Origin: Ignavibacteria bacterium
GTDB lineage: Bacteria; Bacteroidota; Ignavibacteria; Tepidaquicellales; OLB5
Length of the DNA stretch: 59,787 bases
Direction of reading: 5' to 3'
Assembly: GCA_041859235.1 (NCBI GenBank)
Contig: JBHEKV010000165.1
Span: 1-59,787 of the forward strand
Part shown: positions 8,841-18,688 of the stretch, piece after piece
Position numbering within the stretch: position 1 is the first letter of the stretch
Layout of the letters: every line of letters starts with the position of its first letter
Program-made: the position numbers and the translations under genes
The notes under the pieces: generated by a model
Database searches by the model: none
What the model was told of the DNA's origin: nothing
What the model saw: only the letters and a program-made list of their open reading frames with translations

Positions 8841-11800
8841 AAAAGAGTTGACAGAAATAAATAAAATATTATTACTTGGTTCAGGCGCGCTTAAAATTGG
8901 CGAAGCAGGTGAGTTTGATTACTCCGGCTCACAGGCAATCAAAGCGTTGAAAGAAGAAGGCAAGACGGTCATTCTGGTAAATCCAAATATTGCAACTGTA
9001 CAGACCGATATTGATCTTGCAGATAAAGTCTACCTTTTACCGGTGAATCCTTATTTTGTTGAGCAAATAATTAAGAAAGAAAAACCCGAAGGCATTTTAC
9101 TTGGATTCGGTGGTCAAACAGCGTTAAACTGCGGTCTCGAGCTGAACAGGCTTGGCATATTAAAAAAATACAATGTACAGGTTCTGGGTACCCAGGTTGA
9201 TTCAATTAACAAGACAGAAGACAGGGAGCTTTTTGTAAAAGAGCTTAACAAAATAAAAGTACGCACACCTATCAGCAAAGCTGTGCGCAGCGTTAAAGAA
9301 GGTCTAAAGGCTGCAAAGGAAGTTGGTTACCCGGTAATATTAAGGGCCGGATTCACTTTAGGCGGCTTAGGTTCCGGTTTTGCAAACAACGAAAAAGAAA
9401 TTACCAAAGCGCTGCAGGAAGCGTTTTCATATTCACCGCAAGTATTGATAGAAGAAGATCTTCGCGGGTGGAAAGAAATTGAGTATGAAGTAGTGCGCGA
9501 TTCATCCGATAACTGCATTACCGTATGCAACATGGAAAACTTTGATCCATTAGGTGTACATACAGGTGAAAGCATTGTAATAGCGCCTTCACAGACCCTT
9601 TCAAACCAGGAGTATCACCAGTTGCGTGATATATCGATTAAAACAATAAGGCATTTTAAAATAATGGGTGAGTGTAACATTCAGTTTGCGCTTAATCCAA
9701 AATCAGTAAGTGAAACAGGTGAATTTGATTACCGTGTAATTGAAGTTAACGCAAGGCTCTCGCGTTCATCAGCACTTGCTTCAAAAGTTACAGGTTACCC
9801 GCTGGCGTATATTGCTGCAAAGTTATCATTAGGGTATAAGCTTACAGAACTTGAAAACTCCATCACCAAAAAAACATATTCATGTTTTGAACCTGCCTTA
9901 GATTATGTTGCTCTCAAAATTCCAAGATGGGATTTGGCAAAATTCCCAAGGGTAGAAGAAGAAATTGGCAGCAAGATGAAATCAGTTGGTGAAGTAATGG
10001 CCATCGGCAGAAGCTTCCCCGAAGTGCTGCAAAAAGCTATCAGAATGCTGCAGGTAGGCAAGTTCGGACTGGTGCTGAATAAATCTAAAACGCAGACTAT
10101 CAAACAGGATATAATTACTCCAACACCGCGCAGGTTGTTCGCTATTTCACGCGCATTGAGGGACGGTTATTCCGTTGAAGAAGTGCACAACATGTCAAAG
10201 ATAGATAAGTGGTTCCTTTACCAGATAAGAAATATCGATAACTTCAGAAAACTTGCAACTACTAAAGAAAATATCACCGCTGATTTTCTGCTTGAAGCAA
10301 AAAAGCTCGGATATTCAGATAAACAAATCGGACTTTTAGTCGGCGCAGATGAAGATGAAATAAGGATAATCAGGAAATCACTCGGTGTGATGCCTGTTTT
10401 CAAGCAGATTGATACACTGGCTGCGGAATATCCCGCTGAGACGAATTACCTGTATTCAACTTATCATGGTGATACCAATGATATTGAAGAGACCAAACAA
10501 ACTGACGAGAAGAAGATAATGATATTGGGTTCGGGTCCTTATAAAATAGGTTCTTCAGTTGAATTTGACTGGTGCTGTGTAACCACAGCTAAGATCCTGC
10601 GCAAGCTGGGATACAAAGTTGTGATGGTAAATTATAACCCCGAAACCGTAAGCACAGATTACGATATTTGCGATAAATTATATTTTGAGGAATTAAGTCT
10701 TGAGCGTGTACTGGATATATATGAGTTTGAAAAGCCTAAAGGCATAATTATTTCAATGGGAGGGCAGATACCCAACAACCTGGCATTAAAGCTCCATGAA
10801 AATAATGCATGGATCCTGGGAACATCACCGCACTCAATTGATAAATGTGAGGATAGGAACAAGTTTTCATCAATATTAGATAGACTTGAAATTGACCAGC
10901 CTGTTTGGCAGGAGCTTGCTGACCTGAAGCAGGCAAAGAAGTTTTCAAATCAGATAGGTTACCCGGTTCTTATCAGACCATCGTATGTACTCTCCGGTAC
11001 TGCAATGAAGGTCTGCAATGATGACCGTTCACTGGAAGAGTATATCAAAGAACATGCGCAGATCTCGAAGGATTTCCCAGTGGTTATATCCAAGTTCGAA
11101 GAAGGTGCAAAGGAAATTGAAATTGACGGGGTTGGACAGAATGGCGAGCTTATTATATATGCTATAAGCGAACACGTTGAAAATGCGGGAGTTCATTCAG
11201 GTGACGCGACGCTTGCAATTCCGCCGCAGAAATTATACTTTGAAACCGTTCACCAGATAAAAAGAATTACAAAGGCAATTGTAAAAGAATTAAAAATTAC
11301 CGGACCATTTAACATACAGTACCTTGCCAAAGAAAATAAAGTAAAGGTTATTGAGTGTAATTTAAGGGCAAGCCGCTCGTTCCCCTTTATTTCGAAGGCC
11401 ACAAATTACAATTTTATTGATTTCGCGGTGAGATCAATTTTGGGGCATGATATTAAAGGTGACTATAAAACGCTTGATCTTGACCATATTGTAGTAAAAG
11501 CCCCGCAATTTTCATTCAGCCGCTTAAGCGGCGCTGATCCGATCTTAGGTGTAGAAATGTCCTCAACCGGCGAAGTTGCATGTTTTGGTGAATCAATGGA
11601 AGAGGCTTTCCTTAAATCACTGTTGTCTACTGGTTTCAGGCTGCCTAAACAGAACATTTTATTAACGTTAGGAGATCTTGAAGATAAGATTGAATTCCTG
11701 GATAGCGCAAGAAAACTGAATGAAATGGGTTTTTCAATTTTTGCAACTACAAATACACACAATTTTCTGAAAGAGCATAAGGTAAAATCTAAGTTAGTGT

Positions 11801-12051
11801 ATAAAATTAACGAAAAGAAGAACCCCAATATACTTTCAATGCTTGAAAAAAAGAAATTTGATCTGGTTATCAACACTCAATCGATGAAGCATGAACATAA
11901 ATCAATGCGCGATGGATACATTATGCGCCGCAAAGCTATAGATTATAACATTCCCCTGATAAACAACCTTAAGATAGCTGTTTTATTTGTTAACTCCATC
12001 TACAAATATAAACCTGAGCAACTTGAAATTAAGAGTATGGATGAATATTAA
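8836..12051 (+). CDS. carB: Carbamoyl-phosphate synthase large subunit
   Basis: 1071 aa with duplicated ATP-grasp halves. ILLLGSGALKIGEAGEFDYSGSQA and IMILGSGPYKIGSSVEFDWC, plus a C-terminal MGS-like domain. Confidence 0.97.
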   Translation: MTKELTEINKILLLGSGALKIGEAGEFDYSGSQAIKALKEEGKTVILVNPNIATVQTDIDLADKVYLLPVNPYFVEQIIKKEKPEGILLGFGGQTALNCGLELNRLGILKKYNVQVLGTQVDSINKTEDRELFVKELNKIKVRTPISKAVRSVKEGLKAAKEVGYPVILRAGFTLGGLGSGFANNEKEITKALQEAFSYSPQVLIEEDLRGWKEIEYEVVRDSSDNCITVCNMENFDPLGVHTGESIVIAPSQTLSNQEYHQLRDISIKTIRHFKIMGECNIQFALNPKSVSETGEFDYRVIEVNARLSRSSALASKVTGYPLAYIAAKLSLGYKLTELENSITKKTYSCFEPALDYVALKIPRWDLAKFPRVEEEIGSKMKSVGEVMAIGRSFPEVLQKAIRMLQVGKFGLVLNKSKTQTIKQDIITPTPRRLFAISRALRDGYSVEEVHNMSKIDKWFLYQIRNIDNFRKLATTKENITADFLLEAKKLGYSDKQIGLLVGADEDEIRIIRKSLGVMPVFKQIDTLAAEYPAETNYLYSTYHGDTNDIEETKQTDEKKIMILGSGPYKIGSSVEFDWCCVTTAKILRKLGYKVVMVNYNPETVSTDYDICDKLYFEELSLERVLDIYEFEKPKGIIISMGGQIPNNLALKLHENNAWILGTSPHSIDKCEDRNKFSSILDRLEIDQPVWQELADLKQAKKFSNQIGYPVLIRPSYVLSGTAMKVCNDDRSLEEYIKEHAQISKDFPVVISKFEEGAKEIEIDGVGQNGELIIYAISEHVENAGVHSGDATLAIPPQKLYFETVHQIKRITKAIVKELKITGPFNIQYLAKENKVKVIECNLRASRSFPFISKATNYNFIDFAVRSILGHDIKGDYKTLDLDHIVVKAPQFSFSRLSGADPILGVEMSSTGEVACFGESMEEAFLKSLLSTGFRLPKQNILLTLGDLEDKIEFLDSARKLNEMGFSIFATTNTHNFLKEHKVKSKLVYKINEKKNPNILSMLEKKKFDLVINTQSMKHEHKSMRDGYIMRRKAIDYNIPLINNLKIAVLFVNSIYKYKPEQLEIKSMDEY

Positions 12052-12086
12052 CACCTGATTTTTATTCTTAAATTATTGTATTTGTT

Positions 12087-12094
12087 TATATTTG
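12087..12094 (+). promoter_or_regulatory. Candidate Bacteroidota-type -7 box TATATTTG
   Basis: Matches TAnnTTTG, 76 nt upstream of the 12170 start. Confidence 0.3.
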
Positions 12095-12169
12095 TATGTT
12101 TCAAACATTGCCGCCCTCTCCATAAATACATTCTAAAAATGTAAATCTTAAATCTATCTCTTTAAAGAT

Positions 12170-13930
12170 ATGAAAAATATTCTTTTGCTTTTTGCATGCA
12201 TACTCATCTCCGGCGAAATTTGCTCTCAGGTAACATTTACCAAAGTAACTTCAGGTGCAATTGTTAATGATGCATCCTATACTGAAGGAGTTTACTGGTT
12301 TGATTACAACAATGACGGTCTGCTTGATTTGTTTGCCGCCAATATTACCAATCAGAATAACATCCTGTTCAGGAATGAAGGCAGCGGGAATTTTACCAAA
12401 ATTACCGCAGGCGCACTTGTGAATGATGGCGGCTTTTCTTACGGTGCATCAATTGGTGACTATAATAATGACGGCTACCCCGATATATTTATTGTAAACG
12501 GCGGCTCATCAGCAAGCCAGAACAACTTTTTTTACACCAATAACGGTGATGGCACATTTACAAAAGTTACTATTGGTACATTTGTAAATGAAATTGGCAA
12601 TTCATGGGGAAGCAGTTCAGTTGATTATGATAAAGACGGCAAGCTTGATATCTATACAGCTAATTACAACAGGAATAATTTTCTTTACAAAGGTAATGGC
12701 GATGGCACTTTTACCAAAATTACTGCCGGGGCAATCGTAAATGATGGCGGCTATTCACTGAACTGCGCCTGGGGAGATTATGATAATGACGGATGGCAGG
12801 ACGTATTTGTTGCCAATGCAAATTTTTCGGCAGGCCAGAATAACTTTTTGTACAAAAATAACGGTGATGGAACATTTACAAAAATCACTACCGGTAACAT
12901 CGTAAATGATGGCGGTAATTCAACCGGCGCAAGCTGGGGTGATTATGATAACGATGGCGATCTGGACCTGTTTGTTACGAATTATTTCACCGAAAACAAT
13001 TTCCTATACAGAAATGAAGGAAACGCCACATTTACGAAAATTACGACCGGTGAAATAGTTAATGATGGCGGCGCTTCTGTTGGTTCTGCCTGGGGCGACT
13101 ACGATAATGACGGTGACCTTGACCTGTTTGTTTCAAATGATAATGACCAGAATGAATTCCTGTACGAGAACAACGGAAACGGTACTTTTACAAAAATAAC
13201 AGCCGGTGAGATAGTTAACAGCGGGGGAAGGTCAAACGGCTCTGCATGGGGTGATTATGACTTGGATGGAGATATTGATCTTTATGTTGCAAATGGAAAC
13301 CAGCCCGTTCAGCAGAATAACTTCCTTTTCAGAAATAACGGAACCCCGAATAACTGGATAAACATTTACTGTAAAGGTGTGATCTCTAACCGCACGGCAA
13401 TTGGAACAAGGGTAATTGCATCCGCTATGATCAATGGTGTTCGGAAAAAACAAACCCGTGAGATATCCGGGCAAACAGGGTACAACGCGCAAAACAGCCT
13501 GAATGTTGAGCTGGGCCTTGGCAACGCTTCAGTTATTGATACAATCATAATAAAATGGCCTTCAGGTGTAACAGATGTGTATTTGAATGTTGCCGGTAAC
13601 AGGTTCATTACTGCGGTTGAAAATCAGGGTATAATTGGCATAAATTACGAAAGCGGGCAGATTCCCGCTGAGTTTGAGCTGCTGCAAAATTATCCAAATC
13701 CATTTAATCCTGCAACTAAAATAAAATTTATACTGCCTGAAGCAGTAATGGTCAATCTCAGAGTTTTTGATATATTAGGTAATGAAGTAACAGTACTGAT
13801 TAATGAATTAAAACAGGCTGGAACGTATATGGTGAATTTTGATGCATCAAAATATGCTTCCGGAATATATTTCTATTCAATCGAAGCAGGGGATTTCAGG
13901 CAGTCAAAAAGAATGCTTTTGGTTAAATGA
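12170..13930 (+). CDS. Secreted FG-GAP/VCBS-repeat protein with an ASPIC/UnbV domain and a T9SS C-terminal sorting domain (CRTAC1-like)
   Basis: Signal peptide. Repeated GDYNNDGxxDIFV modules. UnbV-like NWINIYCKGVISNRTAIGTRV...WPSG. C-terminal NYPNPFNPATKIKF...GIYFYSIEAGDFRQSKRMLLVK. Confidence 0.85.
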   Translation: MKNILLLFACILISGEICSQVTFTKVTSGAIVNDASYTEGVYWFDYNNDGLLDLFAANITNQNNILFRNEGSGNFTKITAGALVNDGGFSYGASIGDYNNDGYPDIFIVNGGSSASQNNFFYTNNGDGTFTKVTIGTFVNEIGNSWGSSSVDYDKDGKLDIYTANYNRNNFLYKGNGDGTFTKITAGAIVNDGGYSLNCAWGDYDNDGWQDVFVANANFSAGQNNFLYKNNGDGTFTKITTGNIVNDGGNSTGASWGDYDNDGDLDLFVTNYFTENNFLYRNEGNATFTKITTGEIVNDGGASVGSAWGDYDNDGDLDLFVSNDNDQNEFLYENNGNGTFTKITAGEIVNSGGRSNGSAWGDYDLDGDIDLYVANGNQPVQQNNFLFRNNGTPNNWINIYCKGVISNRTAIGTRVIASAMINGVRKKQTREISGQTGYNAQNSLNVELGLGNASVIDTIIIKWPSGVTDVYLNVAGNRFITAVENQGIIGINYESGQIPAEFELLQNYPNPFNPATKIKFILPEAVMVNLRVFDILGNEVTVLINELKQAGTYMVNFDASKYASGIYFYSIEAGDFRQSKRMLLVK

Positions 13931-13953
13931 TGAAATCTTGTTTTTGCTGCAAT

Positions 13954-13981
13954 AGCCCCGAATAATATCGGGGCTTTTTTT
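13954..13981 (+). terminator. Rho-independent terminator
   Basis: AGCCCCG-AATAATAT-CGGGGCT followed by a T-run. Confidence 0.75.
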
Positions 13982-14019
13982 GTTTTTTTAATATTTGGGT
14001 TAAGACTCATGTTACTTAT

Positions 14020-14351
14020 AAAACGGAAATTCTTACATCAACTCAGCTGAAATAACTTAAAGAGAACCAACAGGTTAATATGATCACAAAAGGTTATTCG
14101 AAAAGAATTCATAAAATAGAATCCGAACATACTTTTTAATTCCAGAAAATAAAAAATTCTACCTGGTAATAAACACTCAATCCATGATGCATGAGAATAG
14201 ATCGATGCGTGACGGCTATATAATGCGCCATACAGTAATAGATCATGACATTCCGCTTATTAATAATCTTAAGATTGCAGTATTGTTTGTTAACTCTGTT
14301 TATACATATATACCGGAACATCTTGAAACGAAGAGTATGGAAGAGTATTAA
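14020..14351 (+). pseudogene. Remnant of a carB 3' end (ghost copy)
   Basis: 14163-14351 aligns codon-for-codon without gaps to carB 11863-12051, including the stop. By hand count about 48 of 62 residues are identical. Upstream of 14163, similarity continues (NPNIL, KKF-LVIN) but with a frameshift and stops. The 5' boundary is approximate. Confidence 0.8.
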
Positions 14352-14359
14352 CAGGTCGT

Positions 14360-15796
14360 TTATAAGATCTCATTGACCTTTTCCAGCAGCCAGCCTTTAT
14401 TAATTACATTTTCTGTCTCTTCAATATCGGTTTTCAGCCTTTTCAGTTTAGGTTCGTCAAATACATCCCTTAAATTATGCAGCCTGTTGGCGAAGTTTAT
14501 GAATGTATTGTACACACTTTTCCTTTCTTCTGAAAGCTTTTTGTTATTTTTCAGGTTATGTCTGAATGTGTCTATTAGCGAAAGGAACTGGCTTACTGCT
14601 TTTGTTTCGTAATAAAGCAAAACATACATTGATTTTATATCGTTTTTGAGCATCTCATCCAGATTCCTGATCTTTCCAAGATGTTTTCCCATTTCATCAA
14701 ATGCTTTCTTCTTCAGCGCAATATGGGCTTTTACATAATGATAATTTGATTCCCGGTTTTCAGAAGCAAGGTACTTTGTGTATTTCTCGGTAAATCCATC
14801 TGCAAATTCTATTTCTTTTTCATGAAGCGCAGTGAACACAATATTGCGGTATAGGACTACAGAAATATTATTCTTATCTGAGTACACGGTATTATCAAGC
14901 TCCATTTTGTATATTTCAAACAATTCACGGGAATATTCTGACCTGTTTGACCGGACCTTTCTCATACAATAGTTCTGCAGATTGATATATATATTCTCTA
15001 CCTGGTTTTGTTCTATCTTATCTTCATTTTCCTTTATAAGTGTTTTAGCTGTCCTGAAATTTTCTTCATTGTCCGGATCCTTAAGCATACTTAAGAGGTA
15101 ATTGTGAATTTTCAGAAGCGGAAACTTATCCAGAATTGACGGGTCAAATGCATTTATAAGTTTTTCAAAGTAGGCATCATCTGTTTTGATACTGAACATT
15201 CTCTGAGTATTAAGATAGTACTCATACAGGCTCATGACAGTGTACAGGAAATGCGCTGATAAATATTGGAATGGTTCAAATATATCATTCCTTTTCACAA
15301 ACTTGCTAAAATCAACCAGCTTGTGCTGAGCCGCAAATGAAATATTCCTGAATGTGCTTATATACCCGTTATAAAAAAAATCTGAACTAAGAACTTTTTC
15401 TTCATTTAGTTTTGCCCGGATCCCATAGAAAGTTTTATTGAATAGAGCCGCATTTTTTCTGGAATAATATTCCTTTAGAAGTAAATTCTTTGCATTGAGT
15501 GAGCCTATATCAAGCCCTTTGTAAATAATGTAGTTTTCAGCAAGAGAAGAAAGTGTGAACATGCATTTCCTCATAAATCCATCATTGTACTTTGCCCCGG
15601 GGAATACTTTTAAATAAACTTTTTCTTTTACAATCTTCTCCTCGGGAAACTTGGGATGAAAAGCTTTGATGTGGTAAAAGAGCTTTATAACACCTTCATT
15701 CTTATTAAAAAAAGGCGAACGGACGTATTCACTGAATTCGCGGATCTCTTTTGGGGATAATGTTTTCAATACTTCTATTAACTGGCTCTTATACAT
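14360..15796 (-). CDS. Hypothetical all-alpha protein, 478 aa, family not recognised
   Basis: Long uninterrupted ORF with coding-like composition. No TM segment, signal peptide or catalytic motif recognised. Confidence 0.6.
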   Translation of the reverse strand: MYKSQLIEVLKTLSPKEIREFSEYVRSPFFNKNEGVIKLFYHIKAFHPKFPEEKIVKEKVYLKVFPGAKYNDGFMRKCMFTLSSLAENYIIYKGLDIGSLNAKNLLLKEYYSRKNAALFNKTFYGIRAKLNEEKVLSSDFFYNGYISTFRNISFAAQHKLVDFSKFVKRNDIFEPFQYLSAHFLYTVMSLYEYYLNTQRMFSIKTDDAYFEKLINAFDPSILDKFPLLKIHNYLLSMLKDPDNEENFRTAKTLIKENEDKIEQNQVENIYINLQNYCMRKVRSNRSEYSRELFEIYKMELDNTVYSDKNNISVVLYRNIVFTALHEKEIEFADGFTEKYTKYLASENRESNYHYVKAHIALKKKAFDEMGKHLGKIRNLDEMLKNDIKSMYVLLYYETKAVSQFLSLIDTFRHNLKNNKKLSEERKSVYNTFINFANRLHNLRDVFDEPKLKRLKTDIEETENVINKGWLLEKVNEIL

Positions 15797-16125
15797 TGGA
15801 TATATTTAGATGAAAAAAACAAACGGGATTCAAGTAATTCTTTGAACATACCGTACTTTGAATCACAATCTTAAAGTAAAAATATAGGTTTTTTATAAAA
15901 ATTGCACTGCGATTTTGGGAACAAAAGCAGCGGATTTTTTTCCAATAGTTGTATTTGAACAAAATAACACACAAAATCCAGATAAAATCATTTAAAACTG
16001 CAAAATCATGAACTTTCAACTGAAACAATCACGGAACATCAAATGAAAACTTTCATTGGAACAGGGCTGAAGAAAGAGTTATTATTGTATTGAAAAATCA
16101 TAAGTGTCATAAAATTTATGCTGAA

Positions 16126-16431
16126 ATGTTTATGAACCCACCAGGTGCAGTATGTGTAATGGAAAGTAATTTTGATGATGAAATTAAATTAAAGTGGGAT
16201 CAAGTGAAAGATGCGAGAAACTACCTTGTTGAATACAAAGGTAATACCAGAAGCGAAAAATGGAGACAGGCTGACTTTGTATCAGGTTTGTACTGTATAA
16301 TTACGGGTTTAAAAATGAACCGTAAATATAAATTCAGAGTAGCAGCATTAAACAGTACAGAATGGAGCAGGTGGTCTAAAACGTGTGAACTTGATCCCGG
16401 AAGTGTTTTCAATAAAAAAATCAAACAATAA
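16126..16431 (+). CDS. Small stand-alone fibronectin type III domain protein
   Basis: IKLKWDQVKDARNYLVEYKGN...ITGLKMNRKYKFRVAALNSTEWSRWS is an Fn3 pattern. The track ORF starts at TTG 16090, and ATG 16126 is an alternative. No signal peptide. Confidence 0.55.
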   Translation: MFMNPPGAVCVMESNFDDEIKLKWDQVKDARNYLVEYKGNTRSEKWRQADFVSGLYCIITGLKMNRKYKFRVAALNSTEWSRWSKTCELDPGSVFNKKIKQ

Positions 16432-16438
16432 AAGAAAT

Positions 16439-17680
16439 ATGAAAATCAGAAAAACAATTTTCCAGCCGGTTTTATCAGTAATAGCTCTGCTATTTTGCGC
16501 AGCCAATATTGCCGCTCAGTGGATTAGCGTTTCATCCGGCAGTAACGGCATGGCACAATACCTTAGCATTTACTCACTGGCTGTTAATAACGGAACCATA
16601 TATGCCGGCAGCTCAAATGACGGTGTTTACAGCTCCGGTAATAACGGAAATAACTGGAGTCTTGTTCAGGGCCTGCCGCCAACGGGCGCTAATTGCTGGG
16701 CGCTGTACAGTAATGGCAGCAGCATTTTTGCAGGTTATTTTACGGGTTCAGCAAACTCCTACAGGTCAACTAATAATGGAACTAATTGGTCGATGATGGT
16801 AATGCCAGACATGTATGCCCGAGATTTCATCCTCAAGGGACCTTTTTTATTTGCTTCATGCTGGGGCGGTTCGGTACTCCGCTCAACAAATAACGGTGCT
16901 AACTGGATCCAGATGAGTAACGGAATAACAGGAGGAGGCTTGTGGCACATGACCATTTCTGGAAGTTATCTTTTTGTTACGGCACAAAACGGAGGTGTCT
17001 TCAGAACTTCAAATGACGGCTCTAATTGGATTCAGGTGATCAGCGGATTATCATATCCTGTTGTGTATTCGTTATGCACAAGTGAGAGCAGAGTTTTTGC
17101 CGGCAGTGACGGGGCAGGGGTTTTTGTTACTACCAACAATGGCGATAACTGGAGTACAACCGGATTGCAGACAGGAACTGTATATTCCATGATTGTATCC
17201 GGAACCACCATAATTGCGGCGGGGAACTTTGGCGTTAAAACCAGCACAAATAACGGAACAAACTGGGTAGAACATAATCAGGGGTTAACCAGCGGCAATG
17301 TATCCTGCCTGGTGAACGACGGAGTATACTTATATGCGGGCACTCTTGGTGGCAGTGTTTACCGGAGACCGTTAAACGAAATGCTTTCAGTTGAATTGTT
17401 ATCGGGAAATGTACCGCAAAAATTCAGACTTGAACAAAACTATCCAAACCCGTTTAATCCCACTACCAGGATTAATTTTGATATTCAGCAAGCTGCAATG
17501 GTGAAACTTAAAGTTTATGATATAACAGGCAAAGAAGTGAGTACGATAGTCAATGAAATTCTTAAGGCGGGTGAATATGCAGCGGAATTTGACGGCTCAA
17601 ATTTTACCTCCGGGGCGTATTTCTGCAAACTTGAAACACAGGATTTTACTGAAACAAGAAAAATGATACTAATAAAATAA
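16439..17680 (+). CDS. BNR/Asp-box repeat beta-propeller protein with a T9SS C-terminal sorting domain
   Basis: Start moved to ATG 16439 (MKIRKTIFQPVLSVIALLFCAANIAAQ signal peptide). Repeated S-x-(N/D)-x-G-x-x-W boxes (STNNGTNW, STNNGANW, SNDGSNW, TNNGDNW). C-terminal NYPNPFNPTTRINF...GAYFCKLE...RKMILIK. Confidence 0.85.
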   Translation: MKIRKTIFQPVLSVIALLFCAANIAAQWISVSSGSNGMAQYLSIYSLAVNNGTIYAGSSNDGVYSSGNNGNNWSLVQGLPPTGANCWALYSNGSSIFAGYFTGSANSYRSTNNGTNWSMMVMPDMYARDFILKGPFLFASCWGGSVLRSTNNGANWIQMSNGITGGGLWHMTISGSYLFVTAQNGGVFRTSNDGSNWIQVISGLSYPVVYSLCTSESRVFAGSDGAGVFVTTNNGDNWSTTGLQTGTVYSMIVSGTTIIAAGNFGVKTSTNNGTNWVEHNQGLTSGNVSCLVNDGVYLYAGTLGGSVYRRPLNEMLSVELLSGNVPQKFRLEQNYPNPFNPTTRINFDIQQAAMVKLKVYDITGKEVSTIVNEILKAGEYAAEFDGSNFTSGAYFCKLETQDFTETRKMILIK

Positions 17681-17787
17681 TTGATTTGATCTTTAATTAA
17701 TTAACTTTGCCCCGCCTATAGTTATAATTTCGGTGTATATGCAGCTTTTATCTGAATTCTTTATACTTCGTTTCTCTACTTTTAAAG

Positions 17788-17812
17788 AGCTCCGTTTTTT
17801 CGGGGCTTTTTT
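17788..17812 (+). terminator. Rho-independent terminator
   Basis: AGCTCCG-TTTTTT-CGGGGCT (one G-U pair) followed by a T-run. Confidence 0.6.
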
Positions 17813-17854
17813 ATTATGTTTTAATATTTGGCTAATACTGATAAATTTGGAGAT

Positions 17855-18640
17855 ATGGATCTGAAACAGGCTAAATATTTGCCGGTAATCTTGATTGCGC
17901 TGCTCTTTGTGCAGGGTGTATACTCGCAGAGATCAAAATCAATTGCTTCTAAAGACCAGGTTAAGACCTATGTTACCGACAAAACCGGAACTCTTACTGC
18001 AACACAATTAAAATCATTGGAATCAAAGCTGGCTGCATTTGAAAAGGAAACATCCAACCAGCTGGTGGTATGGATGGAACCTTCACTTAACGGTAATTCT
18101 GTTGAGGACCGTTCGTATGAGCTTGCTGAACAGAACGGAATAGGTCAAAAAAGTAAGAATAATGGCGTATTGCTTTATATCGCCAAAGAGGATAGAAAGT
18201 TAAGAATTGAAGTCGGTTACGGTTTGGAGGGTGCATTGACTGATGCACTTTCAAGTCAGATAATCCGCAAAGAGATCACTCCGCAATTCAAAAAGAGTAA
18301 TTTTTTTGAAGGCATAAATGCGGGGGTAGATGCCATTATTCAGGCAACCAAAGGCGAATATACAGCCGATAAAGATTCAGATGAAAGTGAACCGCTAGGC
18401 GGGATATGCTGTGTGCCATTTCCGGTGATCGTTTTCTTAATAATATTTTTCTTTGTGTTCTTAATGCCGATATTTAGCCGGATCTTTAGAGGGAGCAAAG
18501 GCAAAAAAAGCAGTAACTGGTGGTACACAGGAGGCAGCGGCAGCAGCTGGTCATCAGGCAGCTCAAGCGGCTGGAGTAGCGGCGGATTTTCAGGTGGCGG
18601 CGGTTCATTCGGAGGCGGAGGATCAAGCGGATCATGGTAA
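17855..18640 (+). CDS. TPM domain protein (YgcG-like) with a TM segment and a Gly/Ser-rich tail
   Basis: YVTDKTGTLTATQLKSLESKLAAFEKETSNQLVVWM and NNGVLLYIAKEDRKLRIEVGYGLEG. Start taken at ATG 17855, ahead of a signal-like segment. Confidence 0.8.
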   Translation: MDLKQAKYLPVILIALLFVQGVYSQRSKSIASKDQVKTYVTDKTGTLTATQLKSLESKLAAFEKETSNQLVVWMEPSLNGNSVEDRSYELAEQNGIGQKSKNNGVLLYIAKEDRKLRIEVGYGLEGALTDALSSQIIRKEITPQFKKSNFFEGINAGVDAIIQATKGEYTADKDSDESEPLGGICCVPFPVIVFLIIFFFVFLMPIFSRIFRGSKGKKSSNWWYTGGSGSSWSSGSSSGWSSGGFSGGGGSFGGGGSSGSW

Positions 18641-18688
18641 TAGTCAAATATCAAATAGTAAATACCAAATATCAAATAATGTTGTCTA

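Noticed and set aside
14136-14321. 61-aa minus-strand ORF.
   Set aside because: It is antisense to the carB remnant. The plus-strand frame is the one that carries CarB similarity.
12052-14351. Calling the carB-tail-bounded segment a genomic island or integrative element.
   Set aside because: No integrase, recombinase, tRNA or direct att repeats were seen, and the segment carries a single cargo gene. Only the duplication/replacement observation is reported.
16385-16438. N-terminal extension of the BNR ORF (track start at 16385).
   Set aside because: It overlaps the Fn3 ORF. The ATG at 16439 gives a canonical signal peptide.
18340-18675. 111-aa Pro-rich minus-strand ORF.
   Set aside because: It is the reverse-complement reading of the Gly/Ser-rich tail of the TPM protein (GGN/AGC repeats read as Pro/Leu). 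It is an artefact.
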